Shown here: in pieces, positions 55,777-64,000 of the stretch | How the letters are laid out: every line of letters begins with the position of its first letter | Numbering within the stretch: position 1 is the first letter of the stretch | DNA from: Naegleria gruberi | Lineage: Eukaryota | Assembly (NCBI GenBank): GCA_000004985.1 | Contig: GG738897.1 | DNA length: 64,000 nt | Direction: 5' to 3' (one strand) | The notes under the pieces: generated by a model | The model's input: the letters and a program-made list of their open reading frames with translations, nothing else | Databases searched by the model: none | What the model was told of the DNA's origin: nothing | Position numbers and translations under genes: made by a program

Positions 55777-57564
55777 ATGAAACAGATGAAGAGATCCATT
55801 GTACAATTAGCCAAGGCTCAAACTAAGTCTACCACTGCTGCTGCCTTCTCCAACACCTTTGTTAATCAACAACGTACCAAGAAGGTTGATGTTAAGGTCA
55901 AGAAACTTTTCATTGGTGGTGAATTTGTTGAAGGAAAGGAAGGAAAGAAATTCTCTGTATACAATCCAGCAACTGAAGAAGAAATTTGTCAAATTTCCGA
56001 AGCCACTGCTGCTGATGTTGATGATGCAGTTCGTGTTGCTAGAAATACCTTTGAAAACGTCTGGAGAAATTATGCACCATCCCAACGTGTTCGTCTCATG
56101 AATAAGTGGGCTGATTTGATTGAAAGAGATGCTGATTATATTGCTGATTTAGAATGTATTGATAATGGTAAGCCACGTGATATGGTCAGAAATGTTGACA
56201 TTTACTTGGTTCTCCAATGTATTAGATACTATGCTGGTTGGGCTGATAAGATTAACGGTAAGACCATTCCAGTTGACTCTGACTTCTTTGCCTACACTCA
56301 AAGAGAACCAGTTGGTGTTTGTGGTCAAATTGTTCCATGGAATTTCCCATTGGTTTGTTTCTTTTTAATTATTTTCTAATTATTTTAATTTTTTAATTTA
56401 ATTTTTTTTTTAAATATTTTAATATTTTAATTAAATTTATCAAGTTGATGGCTGTAAGTAGAATAGTAAAGAATTATGAAATAATTAACACAAATTCTAT
56501 AGACTTGGAAGTGGGCACCATGTTTGGCAACTGGTAACGTTTCCATTTTGAAGACTGCTGAACAAACTCCATTGTCTGCATTGTACGTTGCTAAATTGGC
56601 TCATGAAGCTGGATTCCCACCAGGAGTCATTCAAGTTTTGAGTGGTTTTGGTGAAACTGTTGGTAATGCATTGACTCATCACATGGATGTTGATAAGATT
56701 TCATTCACTGGTAGCACTGAAGTTGGTAAAAAGATTCTTGGAGCTTCTTCCAAGACTAATTTGAAGAGAGTTACTCTTGAACTCGGTGGTAAATCAGCAT
56801 TGATTGTCATGGGTGATGTTAAGGATCGTGCCACTCTTGAAAAGGCTGTCAATATTGCCAATCAAGGTACCTTCTTCAATCAAGGTCAAGTTTGTACTTG
56901 TTCATCTCGTGTCTTTGTTGCCTCCAATATTTATGAAGATTTCTTGAAGATTTCTAAGGAACTTGCTGAAAAGAGAGTTGTTGGTAACCCATTCGATTCC
57001 AAGACTGAACAAGGTGCTCAAGTCAGTGAAGAACAATTCAACAAGATTATGAGCTACATTGAATATGGTAAGAATAATACTAGACTTGTCACTGGTGGTG
57101 AACGTGCCCATGCCAAGGGTTACTTTGTTAAGCCAACTGTCTTTGCTGATGTTGAAGATACTCATAAGATTGCTCAAGAAGAAATCTTTGGACCAGTTAT
57201 GAGTGTTTTGAAGTTTGATCATGATAATGTTGAAGATGCTATCAGAAGAGCCAACAAGTCTGAATATGGTTTGGCTGCTGGTGTCATTACTCATGATCTC
57301 AACCAAGCTCACAGAGTTGTAAGTTTATTATTTTTAAATTTTTTCTAATTTTCACTAATTATCATTCATTTACAGACATCGGGTCTTAGAGCCGGAACTA
57401 TTTGGGTAAACACATGGAATGCTTTCTTCAGTAATATTGAATTCGGTGGTTACAAGATGTCTGGTCAAGGTAGAGATTTGGGTGAACATGCTTTGGATGA
57501 ATATACTGAAAATAAGTCTGTCATTACTCATATCCCAGGTTTGAAACGTCCATACAAGTTTTAA
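55777..57564 (+). CDS. aldehyde dehydrogenase (NAD+), ALDH1/2 (mitochondrial-type) family, 529 aa, 4 exons: 55777..56352, 56445..56453 (9-nt microexon), 56503..57318, 57376..57564
   Basis: N-terminal presequence-like MKQMKRSIVQLAKAQTK. Motifs KLFIGGEFVEGKEG, VGVCGQIVPWNFPL|LMA|TWKWAPCLATGNVSILKTAEQTPLSAL, FTGSTEVGKKI, ELGGKSALIV, catalytic Cys region NQGQVCTCSSRVFV, EEIFGPVMSVLKF, then ...AHRV|TSGLRAGTIWVNTW and GYKMSGQGRDLG. Intron 1 is 56353..56444 (gtttgt...tcaag), intron 2 is 56454..56502 (gtaagtag...tctatag), and intron 3 is 57319..57375 (gtaagttt...tttacag). All are in phase 0. Confidence 0.85.
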
Positions 57565-57694
57565 ATTATTTTGAATAAATGGTATTGTAAAATCAAATAT
57601 TCAAGCAATTCTATTTGGTTGTTTCGGAGTGTAAATAGTGTATAGAATTAACCCAAGAGCTCACTTGCCTTTTAAAGAAGAATAAGAAAAAACA

Positions 57695-60600
57695 ATGCGA
57701 ACACAAATACTCTGTATTTTTATTATTAATGCCATTCTCCTTGCCATCACAACACAAACAACTGTCCATTCACAAAATCCTCCTGAAAATCCTTCATGTA
57801 CTTCACAATTTCTTGTGAATAATGAAATTTCAAAAGCTATGGAATATTTACAGTTCAATATGTTCATGATGATGACTTCGGAATTTGATGATCATCAACA
57901 GGATTTTTCATCGTCACAAGCGAGAAATGTGAAGAATTGCAGTTTGGCAAATCCGTGTGAAAATTTAACACAAATTCTCTCAGTACTGAACAAGACACTT
58001 GTGGAAGATAATTTTAACTTTTATAATCGGTCAACTGAGAGGCTGGTAGTTTTGAATATTAATTTATTGAATGATATTTTGGATACAACTGAACATTTTA
58101 TTGAAACTCCAATAATTTCTGGTTTGAATTATATTTTCAAATTTAAGAGCGTATCAGATTCGGATAGAAATTTGATTCAATTGAAATGGAAGGGATCTTA
58201 TGATCGATCCTATGTATTGACAAGACCAGATATTAAGTGGTTTTACTTTGAGAATGTGACACTTAATTTATTTAGATTGAATAATACGGATGTTGCAAAT
58301 CTTGGTTTTTGTAATTGCTTAATTGTGGATACGTGGTTGAATTTTGTAACGAATAGAGATTTTTATATTGAAAAGAGTCAATTGATTAGATCAATTATTT
58401 ATGCAACTACAAATTTGTGGTTCTATGACAGATCAGAAACCATTAAATATGGAGAATATTATGTGACAGGTTTGACAGCTATTTATAATAATAGTGAAAT
58501 TCATGAAACACGACTCAGATGGACAGTCAGCAGTGTTACAAATCTAATAATTGAAAATTCATTATTTGAAGATTTTTTGGTGGAAATGACCTTCAAACAA
58601 GTGACAAATGTTCTCATTCGAAACTCCACCTTTATTCGTGATTATTTGGATTATAAGGAAGAGTCAGTGAATGCACTTCAAGGAAATTCATTTCGTGTTA
58701 TTAATTGCACCTTTCAACATGCTTATTCATTCCTTTTTGTGAGATCTTATATTTTTGTTTCAATTGATAGCTCAATTGTTTCTAATAATCAGCTGATGAA
58801 GGAGAATTTAATTAGTGTTTTCTATGGGATTATTGCAATTCAGAGTTGTATCACTGTTATGGTTTCCAATTCTCAATTTTCAAACAATGAAGGTTATGAA
58901 AGAGCTTCTGCACTTTACTTGTCAGATGTCAATGTATTCCATGTGAGAAATTGCCAGTTCACTAACAATTCTGCCTCCAGCATCTTCTCAAATAGTTATC
59001 CTAATAGAATGTTTGATAATGATAAGTCTTATTACTGGTATACTGTTTCCAATTGCAAATTCGAAGGAAATACCTGTAACAAGGAAGGTTGTGGAATTTA
59101 CATTTCTGACTCAATTGACCTGACAATTCAAAACAATATTTTCCTGAATAACACAGCTCAATATGGTGGAGCAGCTCTCTTTATCAAAATTGGAGCCAGA
59201 GCTGTAATTTTAAATAATTTATTTATTGGAAATAAGGTACTTTACAATAATTTATTACGACAACCTGCTAGTACTTTCTATTATGGAGGCGGAGGAGCTG
59301 TTTCTATAATTACTACTCAATTGGGACTTTCAGAAAGCAAACTATTGGCAAATACTTTCATTAATAACGAAGCTCTCTATGGTGGTTCATTATTTTTTGT
59401 TAGGGAATCTTTGGTGGAAATTTCCAATTCAACATTTATTGGAAATAAGGCAAAGAGAGGAGGAGCCATGTTTTACTATTCACCAAGTGTAGAACAAACT
59501 GAAATATTTGATAATGTGTTTAAGGAAAATGTTGCAGAAATTGGAAATGATTTATTGACAAGTGTCGTTGCTTTGGATTGGGATAATAGTACTGTACATC
59601 ATGTCAAACCGGGTGATGCTATTTCATTGGATGTAAAGACATTCGAATTGGGTGGATTACTTATTCCAACAAATACTGAAAATTTCACAGTCTTTACTGA
59701 TAACCCAAGTGTTTATTTGGATTTTTTACAGAACGAAACCTCATTTACAATATCCATGTATTTAATGGGTGATGTTACACCAAATTCCTATGGAAATTTC
59801 ACACTATTCCTTGATAGCAATCCAGCAATTACCTTTTTTCATTATTCCATCAATTCATGTGGGGAAGGAAATGAATTGAGAGTAATTGGTAAGAATCAGA
59901 TGGCCGTTTTGAAATGTGTGCCATCTCCTGCTAGCCTACTACCTCTAATTCTATCAGTTTCCATTCCAGTTGGTGTTTTTATTGCCATAGTGAGTGTTTT
60001 TATTGGAATAATTTTGGGCATGGTTGGAATTCCAAAAATTAATAATATAAAACGACGATTGAATCTATTGCAGGAAAAGGAGAGTGCCGAGCAGAGTGTT
60101 GAGCAGAAGATTATTGATAAGAAGGTGGTATTCAATATGAACGATGAAGGTGACTTTAAGGAGCCATTACTGAAAAACTATGAACTGGAAGATCCAATAT
60201 TTCGTTTTATCATTTCTCCAAAGGATATTGACATTGTAAAGAAGGTAGCAGAAGGAGGGTATGTAGTTGTGTGTTTATTGTAACAATTCACTAACAATTT
60301 GATAAGAAATGGAGTGGTTTACAAGGGAACGTGGAAAGGAATTGAAGTTGCCATTAAGACTATTAAGGCAAAGAATGAAAGTAGAGACGATTTTGAGAAT
60401 GAAATTTCACTTCTCGCCTCTATTAGAAATCCACATATTTTGAATTTTTATGGAGTTTGTGTGACGGAGAATGAAACATTTATGATTACAGAGTTTTTGG
60501 AGAATGGAAGTTTGGAGGGGATTATTTATTTGAGTAGGATTGGTCAATTCAAACTCTCATTCCATGAAAAATTGAGAATTTTATATGAAGTAGCTATTGG

Positions 60601-61244
60601 AATGGATTATTTACATTCGTTAACACCAAAAATTGTTCACAGAGATTTGGTAAGTTTCGAATTTTGAAAATCTGCCTCAAATTTACATTTTCTATTAGAA
60701 ACCTGGGAATATTCTATTGGATAAGGATATGCATTGCAAAGTATGTGATTTTGGTCTTTCCAGAACTGTAAATCAAAATACCAATCACTCAATTACAAGA
60801 AATGTTGGTACATTATTCTACCTTAGCCCAGAAATGTTTGAAATTGATCAAACCAAAGTTGATCCTCACAATGTTTCTAAAATAGATACCTATAGTTTTG
60901 GAATAATCATGTGGGAACTTTTCTTTGAGCTAGCTCCATTCACTGAAAATAGGAAAACTGTTCGAATGTTACATGAAGATGAGAATTCTAACAATTTGAA
61001 CACAATTAACATGTTACATTTGGTATCAAAGGGAAAGAGACCTTCCATTCCATTCGAATCTATAGAGGAAGTTAGAGAATGGTTACTTATTTATGAGGAG
61101 GATAAGAAATTCAAAGGAGCTAATATTGTTTTGGAATATTTTGAATTGACTAAACAGTGTTGGAGTGAACAGCCAAGTACTAGACCAGAATTTAATGTGA
61201 TTGTCAAAAAACTTTACAATTTCATGGAAAGAATCAAGCAGTAA
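57695..61244 (+). CDS. receptor-like protein kinase: signal peptide, large extracellular domain of Pmp-type (GGA[ILV]/FxxN) right-handed beta-helix repeats, single TM, cytoplasmic TKL-like Ser/Thr kinase; ~1150 aa, 3 exons: 57695..60258, 60307..60649, 60699..61244
   Basis: Signal peptide MRTQILCIFIINAILLAITTQTTVHS. Repeats include FTNNSASSIF, FLNNTAQYGGAALFI, YGGGGAVSI, FINNEALYGGSLFFV and FIGNKAKRGGAMFYY. TM is LLPLILSVSIPVGVFIAIVSVFIGIILGMVGI. Kinase junctions are ...KKVAEGG|NGVVYKGTWKGIEVAIKTIK and ...IVHRDL|KPGNILLDKDMHCKVCDFGLSR, then GTLFYLSPE and YSFGIIMWE. The introns are 48 and 49 nt (gtatgt...tgataag, gtaagtttcg...tctattag). Confidence 0.75.
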
Positions 61245-61405
61245 ATTACTTTGAATCCACAACTTGCTGAGTGAACAATTAGTTTTGTAAACTATACGAG
61301 CTCAATAGTGAATGAATGAACTTGAATTCTAAAAATAAACTTCTTCATCTTTAAATTTTACGTTAAAACTCAAACTTGAAAAGAAAACAAAAAAAAATAA
61401 CACAA

Positions 61406-61933
61406 ATGTCGACCACCACCGCAACTACTTCTGACCCACCTGCTATTATAAACAACGCCACCCCTAGCCAATCTCCAACTCTTGAAATTACAATGACATT
61501 CAGAGCAGAGCCAAAGAAACGATCGATAAAACTTGAAGATCCTCAAAAAACATTTCACATGATGATTGTGTGGGATAAGACGAAACCAGAAAATCATCAA
61601 TTGGAATATACTACCATTATGAATGATTTGAAAAAGTTACTCTCTGAAAATAATAATACCATCTATTTCATTCCTAGAATTGCTTGTACCAATTCGACGT
61701 ATGGTGAGGTCGATGATTGGTTGACTGATTATATACTAAAGCTCAGAAATGAAAAGTCGTGGATTCATTGTGAAAAGGATCTTGATAGCAGAGTAGAGGG
61801 ACAAGTTGGTGATTATAATTTGTTTGCACACATTTCGAGGAGAATGATTGAGGAGGGAAGTCCATTGAGGAATTCACTGTCTAATGTTGCTGGACAAGTA
61901 ATCAAAATTAATATTGTAAACTATAAGAAGTAA
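61406..61933 (+). CDS. hypothetical protein (~175 aa)
   Basis: The track ORF starts on a non-ATG codon. The first ATG at 61406 gives MSTTTATTSDPPAIINN.... Non-repetitive globular C-terminal region, no recognisable motif. Confidence 0.4.
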   Translation: MSTTTATTSDPPAIINNATPSQSPTLEITMTFRAEPKKRSIKLEDPQKTFHMMIVWDKTKPENHQLEYTTIMNDLKKLLSENNNTIYFIPRIACTNSTYGEVDDWLTDYILKLRNEKSWIHCEKDLDSRVEGQVGDYNLFAHISRRMIEEGSPLRNSLSNVAGQVIKINIVNYKK

Positions 61934-62398
61934 ATTAAGGAGAAGGAAAAAGAATCCTTTTCTTCATGTAGCACTTTGTAAAAGATAACACAGTTTAAAC
62001 TTTACAAAAATATTTACAGTGCACTGTAGAATAAAAAAATCTTCAAAGATTTCACTGAAAATATGCCGAAATGCAAATGTTTAGCTTGTATACCCAACCA
62101 ATGGGAATATCTGAAACAGAGACGCTGTTTACAAAAGCGAGTTATGCAACAAGAATTGTTTCCAATTCTGTGGACACATTAGATTAGAAATAGTTCCTTA
62201 AAGTATTATCACTACACTGGCAATGAAACATTTACTTCTCAAATATACTCCTTAAAGTCTTTTTGGCGTTTTACATTCCGGTTGTAAAACGAAACGGACT
62301 ACCATTTAAGGAATCGAATAGTTTTCTAGTGGGACCTTCATAAAAACATTTAAACGCTTAAAATCTTGCAAAAGCGAAAAGAAACTGTTAAGAAAAAT

Positions 62399-63703
62399 AT
62401 GAAACTTTGTATCTTGCTTGTTGCTGCTCTTTGTTTAGTTTTTGGTTTCGTCCACTGTCAATGGAGTCAAAAGAATTACGACCAATTCCAATCCATGCAT
62501 GTTCCTTTGCATGCAGATAATGCAAATTGGTTCAACCAATTCCAAGCTCCAAACTTTCTCTACACCCAAACCATTTTAGATTCCCTCATTGTTGATGTAA
62601 AGAATAATCAAGCTCTCGTTGCTTTACAATATCACACAGAGTTGGCTTTATTGAAAATCAACATGTTGAATGGTGCTTATCAATATGTGAATGTTTCTGC
62701 AGGTGAAATCCATGAAAACTTACATTATGTCTCCTCAGTAATTGATAGTAACAACTACTATTACATCTTGTTGGATAATGAGAAGGATAATAAGGCATAT
62801 CTATTTAAGGTTAATGTTCTTGGAGTTGGTAAGAGTCAAGTGTCTTTCTTACCAATGGGAGGGGTAACTGCTATGGTTTACTCTGAAATGTTTGATTCCA
62901 TTGTTATTAGCTCACACGATGGAGTTATTTCATTGGATTGTAAAACTCTTTCCCAAAATTGGAAATTGCAGTTGAAAGACCAATCAAAGATTCACTTGTT
63001 GACACAAGAACTCAACACTGAGTACATTTACATTTCCTTCATGGACAGTTTGGTCAGTAGAATCCATGTTGAGAATGGCAAAATCTCTGGACAAATCAAA
63101 CTTCATAACGGTACCATTGCCTCTATCAGTAAGTTCAAGAACGATCCAAATGGATTCCTTGTTGCAACCATCACTAATGATGTGGAGATGACTGATTACA
63201 TTGCCTTCTTCAATATTGATAAGCAAGTCTCTACTCAAAACAAATTGCTCGTTCAAAATATCAGAGGATCTTTCCATCAAGCTTATTGTAATCCTGCTAT
63301 TGGTTTCTTCAATAATACTAAACAAGGTGGAGAATACAATGCTGTTGTTTCATGTGGATTGTTGCAAAGATCACCAATTTATACCACCAACTTTATATTG
63401 AGCTTGAAATTCACTGTAAACCAATTCAATGCTATTGACATGCATCAAATGTGGGAAAAGAAAGTTGATGAGGAGAACTTGCAATTTGTTGCTTACAATC
63501 AAGATTTGAATCAAATTGTAACCACTGATACTGAATATTTACTTGTTGATAGCGTTACTGGTAGAGTTCTCAAGACATTTAAATCTAACATCTTGAATAG
63601 TCCAAATGGTGTTAATGGATTCAAATATTTGACTGATAACAATGGAAAGATTTATGCCATTGGTGTTGACCCAAGTCAATTAATTTCGTTTGAATCTTTG
63701 TAA
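62399..63703 (+). CDS. hypothetical secreted protein (~434 aa), possibly beta-propeller-like
   Basis: The first ATG (62399) gives the signal peptide MKLCILLVAALCLVFGFVHC. The mature region is rich in predicted beta-strand segments with periodic N/D/G turns. No confident family assignment. Confidence 0.5.
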   Translation: MKLCILLVAALCLVFGFVHCQWSQKNYDQFQSMHVPLHADNANWFNQFQAPNFLYTQTILDSLIVDVKNNQALVALQYHTELALLKINMLNGAYQYVNVSAGEIHENLHYVSSVIDSNNYYYILLDNEKDNKAYLFKVNVLGVGKSQVSFLPMGGVTAMVYSEMFDSIVISSHDGVISLDCKTLSQNWKLQLKDQSKIHLLTQELNTEYIYISFMDSLVSRIHVENGKISGQIKLHNGTIASISKFKNDPNGFLVATITNDVEMTDYIAFFNIDKQVSTQNKLLVQNIRGSFHQAYCNPAIGFFNNTKQGGEYNAVVSCGLLQRSPIYTTNFILSLKFTVNQFNAIDMHQMWEKKVDEENLQFVAYNQDLNQIVTTDTEYLLVDSVTGRVLKTFKSNILNSPNGVNGFKYLTDNNGKIYAIGVDPSQLISFESL

Positions 63704-63709
63704 TAAAAA

Positions 63710-64000
63710 TTAGTGTTGTTCCTTTGGAAGCGCATGTCTTTTGTGTTTTTGTTTCTTTTCACTTTGATTCTTTAACTTTTTATCAATACGCTTCAAGTGT
63801 TCCACCAATTGTTGGTTAACGGCATTGTGGCTGATATTGTTTTCAACCCAAATACGTGCATTTCTACCCATCTTTTTAGATTCTTTTCTGTTGGCATAAA
63901 CTTGTCTCAATAAATGCCTCAAGTGTCTAACCTTTGGTATAACGAATTCTTGATCAGGTTTTCTCTTTTCAATATCTATTAAGTATGAATTATTATCATT
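63710..64000 (-). CDS. hypothetical basic protein, 3' portion only (gene continues beyond window end)
   Basis: The minus-strand frame is open from the window edge to the stop at 63710. The K/R-rich C-terminus is ...RKESKKMGRNARIWVENNISHNAVNQQLVEHLKRIDKKLKNQSEKKQKHKRHALPKEQH. It is truncated by the window. Confidence 0.35.
   Translation of the reverse strand, partial: NDNNSYLIDIEKRKPDQEFVIPKVRHLRHLLRQVYANRKESKKMGRNARIWVENNISHNAVNQQLVEHLKRIDKKLKNQSEKKQKHKRHALPKEQH

Noticed and set aside
1-64000. Searched for CRISPR arrays, rRNA, bacterial operon structure, phage/integron features
   Set aside because: None are present. The window is intron-containing eukaryotic nuclear DNA with monocistronic genes on both strands.

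Overview
This 64 kb window is eukaryotic nuclear DNA, not prokaryotic. Evidence seen in the sequence: it is AT-rich, with strong preference for AAT/AAA/CAA/TTA codons. Many proteins carry poly-N/poly-Q/poly-S tracts. Start contexts are A-rich (aaaaATG). Numerous short (41-145 nt), very AT-rich introns have GTAAGT/GTATGT/GTTTGT donors and (T/A)AG acceptors. Together these point to a dictyostelid-type amoebozoan genome; this is an inference and appears less AT-biased than D. discoideum. I could reconstruct roughly 30 protein-coding genes, many with introns, and one tRNA-His(GUG). No rRNA, CRISPR array, bacterial operon or clearly intact mobile element was seen. Note that the supplied ORF track often shows TTG/GTG as 'M'; where that happens I reassigned the start to the first ATG.

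Recognisable products:
- saccharopine-dehydrogenase-like oxidoreductase
- type II NADH dehydrogenase (NDH-2)
- NUDT14-like Nudix hydrolase
- importin-alpha
- GT77/Nucleotid_trans-type glycosyltransferase
- class I SAM methyltransferase
- ABCC (MRP-like) full transporter
- LZTR1-like Kelch-BTB-BTB protein
- ALKBH2-like Fe/2OG dioxygenase
- mitochondrial-type aldehyde dehydrogenase
- chromodomain protein
- Zn2Cys6 binuclear-cluster transcription factor
- two convergent F-box/RNI-type LRR proteins

Most interesting architectures:
1. A receptor-like protein kinase whose ectodomain is built from chlamydial-Pmp-type GGA(I/L/V)/FxxN beta-helix repeats.
2. A Cache-like sensor plus TM plus class-III-cyclase-homology protein whose metal-binding aspartates appear substituted (a pseudo-cyclase).
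3. A 6-7TM protein with a C-terminal RGS domain.
4. An F-box fused to a multipass membrane domain.
5. A 9-nt microexon (LMA) in the ALDH gene.
6. An in-frame TAA inside an otherwise intact, conserved NDH-2 gene.
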